DNA of 62,000 bases from Lama guanicoe. Lineage: Eukaryota. The notes beneath the pieces were generated by a model. It was not told the origin of the DNA. It worked only from the letters and a program-made list of their open reading frames with translations, and ran no database searches. Positions 9,921-23,279 of this stretch are shown here, piece by piece (the stretch's first letter is position 1; each line of letters starts with the position of its first letter). The DNA lies in the NCBI GenBank assembly GCA_013239625.1, contig MU054117.1, positions 2,540,011 to 2,602,010 on the forward strand. The letters are read 5' to 3'. A program made the position numbers and the translations under genes.

Positions 9921-11314
9921 ACGATTCCGAGCCAGGGGGCTGTTTTGGTTTTGCCCACACTGTGTTGCCTCTCTGTGGTGAAGCACTTTGTATGCTGTGG
10001 GGGTGTGGGGGGAGCACTCCCTCGATCTCAGGATCGGGACGACTGGCAGAAAACCTGTTACTGTGCAGTCCCAGCCAGCAGCTCTCGAAGAGGAAGGTGT
10101 GCGCTGGTGCCGTGGGAAGCCTAGGGGAGGGAGAGCAGATGAGATGGGGAGGAGGCCATCTGGCCACTGTGCCCTGCCCCTCCCCCATCATCCGCAGAGG
10201 GCATGCTGGTCTGGGATCCAGCCCCAACTCAGACTTTGTACTGTGGGGCTGGCAGGTGGTGCCCACTGCCAGAATCTTCCACTGGCCATCATGCCATAAA
10301 GGCTTGGGCCAGTGGGGCGTGTTCTTTTGCTGGAACCAGCTTACTGTTGGTCTCTCGCGGTTTCAGCGCTGCTGTGGGTCATCTGAAGCCAGGGGGCCGT
10401 ACTGGGACCCCCTTTCCAGTTGGGCCCTCCCGGATGCAGCACCTGACGAACTTGGGGCAGCAGGGGGGACCGCTCCTGGGCTTCTCTTTGTCATTTTCTG
10501 TCTCCAGTTCGGGTCTTCTTGAGGTCCTCATTGTCTACTCCCATCCCCACCCTCTCTGGGGGCAGGCACAGGGCTCAGGTCAGCTTTGTCAGAACTGCAG
10601 CAGCTGAGTGATGGGTGCTGATGGGGAGAAGGTCTCCTGCCCCGGGCTGCCTAGGCCCCTGCTCCTCACGGGGGACCCAGGTGTCGGCTTTGGAGCCTGA
10701 GTCACTGTCCTGACTCCCTGCTCAACCAGAGCTCTGCCGTCTGTCTCTCACCCATCCCACCCCTCAATGTGGCTTGACAGCCCTGGTTCTGCCTGGAGAA
10801 AGATCGCTCTTGGTGCCTCTGACATGCCCTGCTCTGGGCACCCCACGTCCTCTCCGGCCCCGATTTGGGCCCCAGGGGAACGCTTCCCCCCCGGTTGCCA
10901 GTCCAGAGGCGGCTGCTTTCCAGCCGGACGCCCACCGAGGCCTGTGTCTCCGGCTCCGGCATCCCGCTTGCCGTGCCCCGCCCCCTTGCCCCCAGCTCCA
11001 GCTGCAGCCTCCCTGTTGTGTTCCTGGCAGTGGGCTGGCTGGGGGCTGGGGGCTCCTTTCCCCTGGCCTCTCTTCTCCACATTACGTCAGCTTCCAGCCA
11101 CACACCCCTGGGGGTTGGTAAGGGAGGGATTTTTATTAATTTTTTTTCCAGAGGAAGTAATTCCACCCCTTGTCACATGGATTTCTGCATTCAGCTCTTT
11201 AGGGGCTTGACTTCCTCCCCACTTCCCACCCCAGCCCCTGTGATGCTCCGGAGAGGGGCAGGTTTGTTTCCTTGAACTGGGGCCGCGGTGGCTCTGGGGC
11301 CCAGAGGAAAGCAG

Positions 11315-11460
11315 TGCGGGGAGTAGAGTCAGGTGTCTGGGCCCAGCTTCTCCTTGCTGCTGTGTGACCTCCGGTCCACCCTTCCCTTCTCTGGGCCTCA
11401 CTTTCCTGTTGTGCGCCCTGGATACACCTGCTGTCTGCAGCAGGGATGGGGAGTGCCCGA
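11315..11460 (+). mobile_element. MIR fragment
   Basis: 'gctgctgtgtgacctccggtccacccttcccttctctgggcctcactttcctgttgtg'. Confidence 0.55.
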
Positions 11461-14400
11461 GGTGTCCACTCTGGAGCGGGGACTCCGTCCCGCACGGGCT
11501 TGATAGTGGACTTCCCATCCCGCCCTCTGCGGTGGGTTGGCAGGCGTGGCGGGAGCCTGGGAGGCCGGCGCATCTGTCAGGATCCGGGCAGCTCAGCAGT
11601 ACGAAGGAAGACCTGGTCCCGGCCTGGGGACTGGAGGTGCAGGGCCGGCCGATAAAGGGAGGCAGCTTTGGCTCCTTGCTGGTTCCCACTTAGTGCCTCC
11701 TGCAATTCTGGAAATTAGAGGAAGGAGCTGGGCCAGGGGCGGATGGGCCAGAGGGCAGAGGCCGGGCCTGCAGCCCACGCTGCAGACTCCCATGGGCACG
11801 CGCCTCCCGGCCTCTTCGGCTGCTCTGTCTGCCTCCTTTCCTTTGCTTCTCATCCCTCCATACTCCCAACCATGCCCTGGGGTGCTGACCCCAGATTCAC
11901 CGGCCCTCTAGGCCTTCAGCCCCTGCCCTGTTCTCTGGGAAGGCAGAGTTGCACCCCACTCCCCACTGGAGCCCAGGCCCCGGGCCTCTGCCCCACCCCC
12001 TCCCGTGCACACCTGCCCTGGGGCCGGCCCTCCCCAGGGCCCACATCTGGCCGGAGAGCTCAGTTTCCCGGCTGTAAATTGCCTCCCGCTGCCCCTGGGC
12101 ATCTGCTCAGGTTTCTGCTCTGAGAGCCTTTTTCTTGGGGGCTCGGGGGGAGGAGGCTCCTCCCTTCATGCATCTTTGGCCAAGAGAGAATCTTTGGCTG
12201 CGTTGTCAGGGATCTGTCCATCCAAGTCTTGGGCAAGCTGTGGTTTTTAGCAGGTGGCTGAGCAGGAACCAGTTTTAATTAGATTTCCTCCGTCCGTGTT
12301 CGCACCTTCCCGCCTCCGCTCACCTCAGGGCCAGCCTGCCCCCGTGGCCCCTTACCCTGCAGTGGGAGGGGCTTCCCTCCAGGGGCCTGGCTTTTGTAGT
12401 GGGACAGCCTGGGGACCACGGGGTTCTCTCCAGCCTGCCCAGCTTGACGGGGCCTACAGCCTCGTGGCCCTGGCACCACCCCGAGTGGATTTTCTCTCCC
12501 TTTGTGGACGTGAGTCTCCAGCTCTGCAGCGGACCCATCAGGCCTCAGACCGTCACACCCAAATACCCCAAAAGCGTGGGAACGTAGCTCCTAGCTGGGC
12601 TTGTGGGAATTTGCTCTGCACCACCTCCCTCTTGGTTACCCACACCTGGGGAAGTGGCTTCTCTGGGCTATGGAAGGGCATCTCGGGGCAACCGCCAGGA
12701 CAGCCTAAGGGGGCATAATCGTCTAGGCTGGTGCTGCTTGGAGCTCGGCCAGTGGGCCGCGGCTGACATCCATGAGGCAGGCACAGAATGGAAAGTAAAC
12801 ATTTAGAAGTGTTTAGGGTGATGGACACAGCCGTGACGTCTTAGAGTAGCGTGCCGTTTCCCAAGGGAAGTTCCAGGGGGGTACTGGATTCTGGTGGTTG
12901 GAACCAAGGAAACTCTTTGGGGCTTTTAGTTGAAGCTGAAGGACTTACCGTGTTGAACAGGGTATCACGTGCAGTGAAAGGTAGCAGGACCACCCTGGGC
13001 CCAGGATGGCCTGGAAACAGAAGGCCTGGCATTTGCCTCTGGTTGGTGGACAGCTGCTCCCCTGGGCATCCCAACCCCCCTGAGAGGAAACTTCAGGGGT
13101 TTCTTAGGGGGAGTTGCAGATTCAGACTCGGTGTGGGGCGTTGAGAGAAGCTGGGGGTTTGATGACGCGCGTTTAAGGAGAGTTCAGGATTTCTGTGGGG
13201 AGGCTGAGAGGAAGGTCTGCAGGCACGGGAAGTGGGGAGCAGTTTGGAGTTTGCAGTGGGAGGTGTCGGGGTGTTTGGGGCTTGTGGTGGAAGGGCAGGT
13301 GACCGCTCTGAGGTTCCAGAGCTGATAACACAAAGAAATATTGGGTTCCTGGAAGGGACAAAGGGACAGTAGCTTTAGTGTTGTGGGCCGATAGAAGATT
13401 GAAGGTGCATAGTGGGAGGCTGGAGAGAAATTTGGGGTTTTATTTGGGAGACAAGAAGGAAATTTGGATGTGTGTTGGGTCAGGACTAAGGGAGTTTTAG
13501 GATTTGCTGGAGAAAGCTGGAGGGGAGCAAGCCCATGGAGAGGTTGGGGGTCATAGGAGACACCAAAGGGGAGCTGGGGTTGCTGTGCAGTGGGCAGACG
13601 GGCCACGAGATTCCGCTAATGGGGACCACGGGGCCCTGGGGTCCTTGCCAAAGGGGAAGTCTGGGTTTTGTGTTACCCACAGTGGCCCAGGCCTCCATGG
13701 TCTTTGTCAGCTTGCAGGTATCCTGTGTCATGAGAAAGTTTTTAAAATCTCTCAACCTGTCCCCTGATAACTTGCTCCTTGCTGCCCGAACCCCGCCTCC
13801 CACCTGGCTTCTCCAGCTCTCCCAGACAAAGGCAGCCCGGCCCTGCTCTGGGGGCTCACGGGGAGGTCTTCACTCAGAGCCCAGTCCCCGCCCTCTCATC
13901 TCACTACAGATGGCTCGTCCAGCCCGCCCCCCCTGCCCCAGGGTGATGACGGATGTCCTGCCTGCCTCTGGAGTGCGTGGGGACGGTCCTGGTGCCAGCT
14001 CTCCCTTCCTTCTGCCCTTCTCTACTCCTAGGAGCCCCCCACATCTTTCAGGGTCGAGGGAGAGCCCTGCTTCTTCAAGGAAGGCTTGGGCAGCCCCACC
14101 CTCCCACGGGCCCACAGCCCGTGGACCTCTCACGTGCCCCTGGCCTGCCTGGCGGGTGTTCTGACCTGACTTTCCCGTGTGCACTTGTCTGCCCAGCTGG
14201 ACTGTGAGCGCCCCGATGCAGGGTCTGGGTGGCCCCAACACGCTGTCTTAGTCAGTTGGAAAACACGAGGCCCCTGGTCTGAAGGCGCTGCTCTGAGTTG
14301 GGGTGCCCCCCTTAACTGCCCCCTCTCCCTGGCCTGGCCCAGGCCTGCTCTGCGGACCTTATGGAGTAGCGTTCACAGGAACAGTCCCACATGAGAACAA

Positions 14401-15213
14401 GTCACCTCCCCTGGGTGGGTGGCTTGGACACAAGGGTCCCCCTCATGCTGCTCAGTGGGGACTCGTGACAATCAGCCTCTTGGAGAAACTTGTGGCTTCT
14501 CTCCTTGGAATGAGCACTTCCTTTCGTATTTTCCACCGTGTCTCGACGCCCACCTTCTCCGTCTGGCCCTCGCTCTGGCCCTTCCCCCGTGGCGGGCAGG
14601 TGAATAGTAAGATGCAGTGTCAGGCATTATGCTGAGTGCTTATGCCGACGGATGCTCCCAGCATCCTGTGGTCCTGTGGTAGGTACACTTCACGGACCAG
14701 AGACTGCCCACAGCACACGTGTCTTAGAGGCTGGGAGCTGGTGACCGCTCCGTCTGCTGCCCCTGGGTTGACAGTGCTCGGCCGCGTGCCTCCTGGGGGG
14801 CCCATCACCTGCCACTCCCCCATGCCTGGCCTTTGTTGTATCACGGAGCACCTCACCCCCGACTTCCACCACTCCCCCTTCTTGGCAGCTGAGTTTCCCC
14901 TTTTTCTCTGGGATGGGAGTAGGGGGGTCCCCAGCTCTCCCTTTCTCAGAAGTCGAGTGGGGTTCAGGTTGGTCTCCTTGGGGTGGGCCGGCCCTTCCCT
15001 CCCTCCCCTGGGAAGGGCTGAGCCCGTTCCCAGGCTGGCCCTGGTGGTAGGGGAGGGCCGCAGATGGAAGGTGATACATACGTGTAAGGCGATGATTATT
15101 TATTTGACAGGGACAGCTGCCTGTGGTAAAGAATGTAATCTAGTAATCCTTTTGTGAAAATCGGATCTGAGCTCAGCACGCTGCCTCCAACAGCAAGAGG
15201 CCTTTCCTGCGCT

Positions 15214-15252
15214 CCCCCGCCGCTCCCCCCGCTCCCCCCTCCCCGCTCTCCC
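15214..15252 (-). repeat. C-run repeat (gctccccc)n; G-quadruplex motif on the - strand
   Basis: Five runs of 3-6 C separated by 1-6 nt loops. Confidence 0.6.
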
Positions 15253-15294
15253 GCACACTGAGGCACTCCCGCACCCGCGTGGCCCACGCGCACA

Positions 15295-16630
15295 TCTGAC
15301 ATCACCGTAGCACACTGTCAAAACCAAGAAATCCGTGTGTGTGTTGTTAGTAACCAGACGCTGGACTTTGTGTGGGTTCCTTTTCCTCTTTCAGGAGCCC
15401 ATGTTGCATTTCATTGTCACGCCGCTCTAGGTCCCTCCAACCCGTGTCAACTCCCTGGTTTTTCTTTGGCTTTCGTGGGTTTGGTGGTCTTGAGTACAAA
15501 TCAGCCACTTTGTAGAGTGCTCCCTGCCTTTGGGTTTGACCCGTGTTTCCTCAGGGTTGGGGTGAGGTGACGCAGTTTTGGCAAAGATGCCACAGTGTGA
15601 TGCTCTCTGGTCCCCGGGGCACGGTGTCACAGGGTACACGATGTCAGGAGGTCTCATTACTGGTGACGTTAACCCTGAGAAGGTGCTGCTGGCCCGGCGG
15701 CCCCTCTGTGAAGTCACTCTGTTTCTCTCGGTGATTCATAGATGTCCTATGGGGCGGTGCTTTGAGACTATACAAATAGCCTGTTTTCCCTCAAACTTTT
15801 GCTCACTAATTTCAGCATCCATCAGTGGTTCTTTCCTGCACCAGTTGTCCTTGTGGTGTTTGTCTGATGGTGATGCCCTGTTTCCCTCATTTCCTCTACA
15901 TGTGTTAATTGGAATTCTCTTGGAAGGAAGAGCCGGCCCTGCTCCTGCTCTTTACTTCCTTCATTTATTTTTTACTTGTTTAGTAATTTTTATCATTACA
16001 CTCACAAGTATTTATCTTATAAAATATAAAATATATAATAAACATGTGGATATGTTCTCTACTAAAGGTCATGGATATGTATTCTGTCCTATGGGTTAGA
16101 GATACAAATTGATACTCTCGGTTTTTTTGCTCAAACTACTCCACCTTTGACCACTGGAAGCTCTTGCAGTTCAGCTCCTGGGCCCTTTTGACAGACCCTC
16201 ATCTTTTTTTTTTTTTTTTAATCACCTCCTAACTTTCAGGCACCACAAGACACTTCAGACTCATGTTCTATTTTTCCTGCCCCAGTTCTGTAATCAATCA
16301 CTCGTTTCTGGAGCCCTGGTCCCCTTGCGAGAGAATGGTGTTTATTTGTATTGTATTGTATTGTACTGTGTTGTTTTGTAATCAGTTACAGCGTATCAGT
16401 TTCTGGCGTACAGCATAATGTCCTAGTCACGCGTGTATATGCGTAGCTTCCTTTTCCTTAGCGATTGTTAGAGAACGGTGTTCAGAAATCGAGATCCAGG
16501 TGCTCCTGGAGGGTCACGGCTTCTTTCTCCTTTTGGAGGTCACAGCTAGGAAATACACGTACATACATAGCTATGTTGATTTGTTTCTGTTACTCTATCT
16601 ATATTTTAAAATTAGTTTGTACTGATTCTC
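15295..16630 (-). mobile_element. Ancient L1 (L1MC/L1MD-like) 3' region
   Basis: 'cattactggtgacgttaacc...ctttgagactatacaaatagcctgttttccctcaaactttt...ggcaccacaagacacttcagactcatgttc...gagccctggtcccc...cagctaggaaatacacg' matches L1MC-type 3'UTR in antisense. Confidence 0.8.
16345..16469 (-). mobile_element. Short camelid-type L1 3' terminal insertion
   Basis: 'cagttacagcgtatcagtttctggcgtacagcataatgtcctagtcacg' is homologous to 27699-27808; TSD agagaa(t/c)ggtgtt(t/c)a at 16330-16344 and 16470-16484; tail reads as (TGTAT)n. Confidence 0.85.
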
Positions 16631-16649
16631 ATTTGCTTTTAATTTGGCA

Positions 16650-16800
16650 GTTTGGGGGCTGGAAGGAACCTGGGAGATCAAGTGCAAATTCTGCGCTCAC
16701 TGAGGACAGAGTCATTGAGAGGGTTGGCACGCTGGCTGAGATGGCCTGGCCAGTCAGAGGTGGGTTTGGGGCTAGAATTCAAGCCGCCGGATGCCCCATG
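16650..16800 (-). mobile_element. MIR fragment
   Basis: 'ggctggaaggaacctgggagatcaagtgcaaattctgcgctcactgaggacagag...ggggctagaattcaagc'. Confidence 0.5.
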
Positions 16801-16829
16801 TAATGTCTCCCCACCATGGCAAGCATCTC

Positions 16830-17262
16830 TGTTGATTAGTGTCCCCCCCAAATTCATGTCTACCTCACCGTGTGAATGTGACCTTATTTGGAAATAGGGT
16901 CTTTGCAGATGCAGTCATGTTCAGATGAGGTCATATGGATTAGGATGGGTCCCCATCTGATGATGATATCCTTAAAAGAAGAGAGAAAGTTGGACACAGA
17001 CACAGGAAGAGCACCCTGGGGTGGTAGTGACAGAAGTAGGTGTCTGTCACAAGCCCAGGAACCAAGGATTTCCAGCAACCACCAAGAACCAAGAACCACG
17101 AAGAGGAAAGAAAGGATTCTCCCTCATAGCCTCAAAGGGATCAGAGCCCTGCTAATTTCTTTGGTTCAGACTTCCTGCCTCCGGGATGGGAGAAACAGAC
17201 TTCTGCTGTTTGAGACCAGCAGTTTGTGGTACTTGGTGATGCCAGCCCCGGACACTCATGCA
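16830..17262 (+). mobile_element. MaLR LTR, MLT1C-like solo LTR
   Basis: 'gtccccccaaattcatgtc...gaatgtgaccttatttggaaatagggtctttgcagatg...gtttgtggtacttggtgatgccagcccc' follows the MLT1C layout and ends in CA. Confidence 0.88.
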
Positions 17263-18959
17263 GCAGCGTTTCCAGTGGACATTGTTTTCCAGCCTCTTCT
17301 GAGACATGCACAGCTCCTAGCTTGGTCCTCCTCTCTCACCCCGGGTGGCCCCTGTACCCACGGGAGTTCAAAGTGGAGGTTTCACTAGTATGTCAGCCAG
17401 GGTCAGGGCTCGCCTTCAGTGAAGTTTATATCTTGGCCAAATTCAGACCCAACGGGCTTAGACTTTGAACAATATCGGGTGATGGTTCTTGCCCCGTTCC
17501 CCTGTTCCCCAAAGTGTTTGTGTTAGCAGGAGAATCTGACTGTCAGGTTGTGTTTCTTCGCAGTTAGTCTGTCTGTCTTCCTTTGCTTCCTTGTGTAGCT
17601 CAAGGTCACCTCCTAGAAAATGTTCCTCCTGTTTCTCAATCAGTTCATCATGGAGGCTCCTTTACTCCCCCTCCCTGACGGGGGCACAGTGCATGCCTAC
17701 AGCCCTGGGATGCCTGGGTGGACGGCGAGGGCCTGCAGGACCAACCCCGCGCCCCGCGCTCAGCACCCACTTCTCTGGCCTTCGCCTCGACGCTGAGATC
17801 ACACCCATCCTTCAGTGCCGGGTCAAGGCTCTCTCCTGCCATGTCTTCCCTGACTGTGCCCTTGCCCTGGGGTCTGCACCTGGCAGTGCTCTCATTTGGC
17901 AGCTTACCTTTTCACGTGAACTTCTCTTGACTCACCCACGTGACTGAGAGCTCCCTGCGCGCAGGACCCTCCCGCACCTGGAAGGTAGCCCACTCAGGTT
18001 GGGTGTGGATTTTCTCCTTCCTTATACCCGAGAATAGGGAAACCCCCATCTCAACACATCCTACTGAGTTTGGGGCTGAAGATTCCCAACTGCTTACAGG
18101 GACACCGAGTCCCCGGAAGAGAGAAGCCTGCCTGTCACCCTGCGTCCCCATAGCACGTGTGCGGCGAGGTCAGAAAGGGGTGGGACCAGGTGTCCTTAGC
18201 TTCCCATCGGTCCTCTCTGCCAAGATCATCCTGTCCTGCTCTTTCCTCACTTGTCTGTCCAGATGGCGGTGGGGAGGCATGGCTGGCATCGGCCAAGGTG
18301 ATGTATGACCACCTGGGGCTCAGAGCACAGAGGGCTCGGACCATTAGGGGTGTCAGGCTGGGAAATCGGAAATTAAAGGCTTGGCACCGTGGCCAGCAGC
18401 ACCTCCCCGTGGTGCAATGTTCTGAAATCACCTGCGGTGGGTTTCATCAGCACGGGCGCAGGGGCGGGAAGGCCTCTTGGCAGGCTGCAGAGACAGATGG
18501 GCCGCAGGCACGGGGCCTGGCGCCGTGGGCGGGCGGCAGGGCCCTTGGGGCTTGATGTGAGCTTCCGTGATCAAGCTCTTGCCTGCATTGGCACGAGGAA
18601 TTTTCTCTACTTAGGAGCTGTGCCCTCGGGGATGCCAGTCCCCTCCTAGGTCTCAGTCTCCTCACCCATAATGTGAGAGCAGTGGACCAGAAGATCTTTG
18701 AGGTCTCTTGGCCCTGATGATGCCTAGATTTATGACCTGTGGTCATCAGGAGAGCGGTGATGGGGTTGTGGCTGATGGCAGAGGGACAGACAGGGCCCAG
18801 GATGCTGGTCTGATGAAGGAGGACGGCTCCCCCGACCCAGTGCCTCAGACCCCCCCAGAGCTGCGCTGGTGCTGCAGTCAGGAGGACTTCTTGGAAGAAG
18901 TGGCTTCTGAAAAGGCAGACAAAAAGACTTTTCTTTTGTAGTCCCTGGGTGTTCTGTTT

Positions 18960-19135
18960 GTCATTCCATCCACCCATCTGTCTTTCCTACAGGTATTTAT
19001 TGAGCACCTGCTGTGTGCCAGGCCCTGTGTGGGTTCCAGGAACACAGCTGTGAACAAGATGAGGCCATCCTTTCAGGACCCGAGGTCTAACGGGAGCAAC
19101 AGGCATTAGACAAACAGTTGCAGAAATAATTAACA
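18960..19135 (-). mobile_element. L2 3' end
   Basis: 'tatttattgagcacctgctgtgtgccaggccctgtg...acacagctgtgaacaag' is the antisense L2 terminus. Confidence 0.8.
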
Positions 19136-19469
19136 ACACTTGGAGTAATTTCAAATGCCTCCGCCTGCACTTGGCCCCTTTCTCTTGATTTTACTTTTCT
19201 GTTCCCTCCGCTGTCTCCCTCCTTCCCCTTCCTCGTCCTGCTCCACCAGCTTTGTCTCTAAGACTGTCTTCACCTCTCCAAAGCCAAGACCTTCCTGATA
19301 CTCTGGGCTCTCTCAGGCCAGAAGTTCTCAGGAAGATCCTCGGCCTTAACCCTCATGCTGATGTGCTTGGAAACTTCCCTGGGGGAGGCGGGTGGCAGGG
19401 TCCTCTCCTCCTGCCTCTGTGCTCTCTGAGGGCTGATGCACTGTAAGCTTTTTTTCAGACATTTTCAGG

Positions 19470-19660
19470 TTTGTGTTCAGGTTGCGATCCCTCCAAGCTC
19501 ACACGAGTTACTTGCCTTCTCTGAACCTGAGCTTCCTCACCTGGAAAATGGGTTTGACTACCCTGACCTCGCTGCATTTTGGGGAGATCGAGTGGGAAAA
19601 TGGGAGTGAGAGCACCGTGGCAATGACACCTTGAGCACGGTGGGTGCTTGACCGAGACTA
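19470..19660 (+). mobile_element. MIR
   Basis: 'gagttacttgccttctctgaacctgagcttcctcacctggaaaatggg'. Confidence 0.65.
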
Positions 19661-20119
19661 GTTTTTGCCCCTTCCTTCCCCTCTGCCTGGGTTTGCAGCC
19701 AGATGCTTTCCAGTCTGGGGCGGAAGCAGAGGAGCCCCGGCCTCTGCAGGTCCTTCTTCGGTGACGCTGGGCAGCAGGAGGGTGGCAGCAGTCCCTGCTC
19801 TGGGACAAGGTGCAGACCTTGAGCTCGGATGGCCAGGAGTCCGCCGGGGCTGGAGAGAATGACAAATGTTCCATGAATCCCAAAAATGAAGCGTGTGTGA
19901 CAGCTGCCTGCTGCCTGCTGCCGGGCGTCGGGGCCAGGGGGACCCTCGCGGAGTTGGTGTGTCTGCTGGGGGCCCCGTCCTGGCGGCGTCCCCACTGATG
20001 CAATGGGAAGTGGGCCTTCCCCTCTAGGGAAGCCCGCCCCCTCGCGCCCTGTTTCCTCCAGATTCCATCTGAGCCACTTGGGGCTGGTTCCACCTGGGAG
20101 GAGAGAGCATCTTCTAGAC

Positions 20120-20313
20120 CAGCGCTGGGAAGATGGAGACGTTCTCATCCACACGCCCAGCGCAGTCATCACCAGTGACACGTGGCTGCTGAGCGTGTGA
20201 AGTGTGGCTGGTGTGCCCGAGCAACTGAATTTTTAATTTCACTTAGTTTTCACTAGTTGAAATTTAAATTCAGTGGCTTCGTGTTGCTAGTGGCTGCCAT
20301 GTTGGACACGATG
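20120..20313 (+). mobile_element. MER3 (hAT-Charlie MITE)
   Basis: 'cagcgctg...cacgtggctgctgagcgtgtgaagtgtggct...aactgaatttttaattt...gctagtggctgccatgttggaca'; left flank ttctagac fits the Charlie target preference. Confidence 0.85.
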
Positions 20314-20799
20314 GTTCTCCACTGACGGTTTCTGTGCGCGGTGTTGCCACCCGCTGTGGGGGGACACCTTTGGTGTGAGATGTGCTGTGAGTGAGTAATG
20401 TGCTCTTGGTTAGAAGTGACTGAACTGTGTGAATGTTTTACATACGTGGCGGGGCGGGGCCGACAGATGTAGGGCTGGCCCTTGTGAGTCTGATTGGGAC
20501 ATGTCTGGAGATTGAGTCTGGGTAGGGGAGCGGGAGGGGAGAATCTCCAGGCCCACGTTCATCTGGGAGACACTGCGGAACTAGGGAGGTACTTTGCGCA
20601 GCAGTTCTCTGTAGAGGAGAAGAACGAAGGGGAAAGGACGAAGGGGATACACCCCAGGGTTAAGGGCCGAAGGGCTGAGTTGGTTTCATAGGAGCTGGAG
20701 GAGACCCACCTAGCCTGCTCATCTCACCGGTGAGGAGACTGAGGCCCAGTGTACCTCGGGTACCTCTTGAGGACCACGATGTGGTTCCTCCCCTTCTAA

Positions 20800-20905
20800 G
20801 GACTACCCTAAAAGAAGATATTAGCATCCTCATTTTGCAGACAAGGCAGCCAGAAATCAAAGTCACAAAGGTTTTTAGTGGAACCAGGATTGACCCCCAC
20901 CTCCC
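20800..20905 (-). mobile_element. MIR fragment
   Basis: 'tattagcatcctcattttgcagacaaggcagccag...gtggaaccaggattgacccc'. Confidence 0.55.
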
Positions 20906-22255
20906 CAATTTTTTTTTTTAAAAAGACTGACCTCCAAGTCTGTCAAGAGTCACAGGCTTAATTTATGACCTAACCCATGTCCACTGACTGTCAGACCAGC
21001 CCTCCACGCCAAGGTCATTGCCTTGCCCTCCCCCATGTTGGCTGGGGTCTCTGCTGCTTCGTGGGGTAGCCAGCAGAGGTGGGGTGGAGGATATGGGAGG
21101 TTGGCAAGGAGCCCGGCCGGGGACTGCCTGCTCCAGGGCCCAGGACCGGCGACCACACAGCTGAGTGGCCCTGCTCTTGGGGATCCAGAGACACCCCCCA
21201 CCAGGGTGACCAGGCGGGCAGGGAGCAAGGTGGGAGGGACTGAAGGCCCGAGTTCTGCTCCTGGAGGAAGCAGGCCTCCCTCCTCTCCTCCAGCTTTGGC
21301 TGGACTCTGCCAGGTGGGGGGAGGGCCCTCCCTCTGTCCAGCTGTTGTTCCCCCCGCCCCCCACCGCTGCAGCTGTCTCAGCTCCATCAACCTCATCCAA
21401 GACTGGGAGGAAGGAGGGGGACAGGGAAGGGGCCTCTCAGGCGTGTCCGGCTGAGGCGACTCTGGCCCCTGCCTCAGAGAGGTGTCTCCACTGCCGAGGG
21501 AGGGGGCTCAGGGCGGCGTCTGCCCCCTGGCTCCTGGGTACACGGAGGGTGGTGTGGGGGGCTCAGCTTTCAGCCTCTCAGCATTCATCCCTCCAGCAGG
21601 GCCGCTCTTTTACTGAAAAGATTAGGAATAGTTAATCCTTCCTTCCCCTCCGTGGGGCTGTGGGGCCGCCTAACTCTCCTCCTGGCACTTCTTAGCTTTC
21701 CTGTGGTATTCATGAATGACCCAGTGAAGGGCCCCTCACCACCTCCAGGACGAGGGGACAGGCGCAGGCCTGAGGTTCCTTCCTGCCTGATGGTTTGACA
21801 CTCGCTGGTGAGACTGTGCTCGCGGGTGTGAGCTGTCCAGGGACGAGTGCGTACCGTCCTCCGCGTCCGGGCGGGAGGCATGGGGTGTCCGTCCTGCCAT
21901 CCGCGCCGCCCGCACCCAGACACGTGCCTGGCCTTGCTCTCTCCTGTCGTGAAGCTCGGCTGCTCCCCTGCGGGCTCTAGCTTTAGCTCCTACCTTCTTC
22001 AGGAGCTAAAGGGAGAGGTGACACGTGGAATCACTACTCTTTCTTGGGCAGACCTCAGTGTGCCAGCCTACAGAATGGGGAGAAGCATTGCTGCTCTGTT
22101 TCAGTTCCACAAGTAACAGCATCTTGGCATCAAACGTTGATCTGAGCTCGTTGGGAAAAAAGTCTCCAGGAGAGAGTCACTTACTTTGTTTTGATTTCTT
22201 AGCTCCATCCGGTCCCAGTGCAGGGCTGAGCGGGTGTTAGCCAAATAGTACACAT

Positions 22256-22428
22256 CCGTGATTCTACACCTGGCGCTGACTTAGAGACATCTGGGAGCTT
22301 TGAATAATTCAGACTCCTGGGCCCCCAGCCCAGACCTTCTGAGTCTGAAACTCTGTCGGTGGGGCGGGAATCTGTATTTTGACAAGCTTTCCAGATGATT
22401 TCAATGCAAAGTGAGGTTTGAGACGGTC
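22256..22428. mobile_element. MER5A/MER5B (hAT-Charlie MITE)
   Basis: 'catctgggagctttg...cagactcctgggcccccagcccagaccttctgagtctgaaactctg...ggaatctgtatttttgacaagctttccagatgatt...gtttgaga'. Confidence 0.8.
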
Positions 22429-23279
22429 CAGCTCTTCTGCCTTTGGCGGTGGTGGGATGTGGAGGGGGGCGTCTGGTGACAGGCTATTCCTGGTGCTTCC
22501 TTCCGAAGCGGGCCTGGTTTCAGGAGCATCTTTCTTCTGTGTTCACTCAGAGTTGTTCATTCAGCCCGCCGACACGGATCCTGAGTCTGTGGCTGGCTGC
22601 GTGCGGCTCTGGGCAGAGGGCTGCAGGAGAACCAGGGAGAGCGTTCCTCCCTGAGGGAGGTGGACGGGAGCCCCAGCAGTGACAATGGTGCCTAGCAGGT
22701 GGGGTGTTGAGATACTCAGAGAACTGTGCTGAGGGCCCCCTTAGTCCGGTCAGGTTCTCGGCCAGAGTAATGGGCTCACTCACCCTTCTGACACCTAATG
22801 AGCAGGAAGGGGCCTGAGCAAGCACTCAGTCATCCCTGCTCTGATGCCCAGGGAGACTCAGGGGCTGGGCCCTGGCTGCCTGGCGAGCTGGCCTTGTGAT
22901 GGTGGTTGACAGAGGGTCTGGAGTGGAACAGGTTTCCTTCTGGAAAGCCCAGGGAGAGTGTGGTGTATCTGGACTCTGGAGGTGCCCGCAGACAAGGTGT
23001 CAGACTTGGCTCCAGCCACACCCCAAGGGTCAATCTCCAGGACTCCCAGCTTCTTGCCTGCAGGGTGACAAGGCCATACTTACTGGCGCAGGTTCTTAGA
23101 GGTACTGCGGGCTCCGTCCCATGATAGGGGCTCAGGAGATGCTGGCATTTCTCCACCATTTCATTTGGTTTCTGGAGTGAGGACAGCGTGATTTTTTGGT
23201 CTTGGTTTTCTGAGCCCTCCTTCTCTCTGGGGGGCTACCTCCAGCGAACCCCCCTGCGGGGCTGATTTCGGGGTGCCAA

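Noticed and set aside
16882..16891. CArG box CCTTATTTGG
   Set aside because: Part of the MLT1C consensus, so not informative
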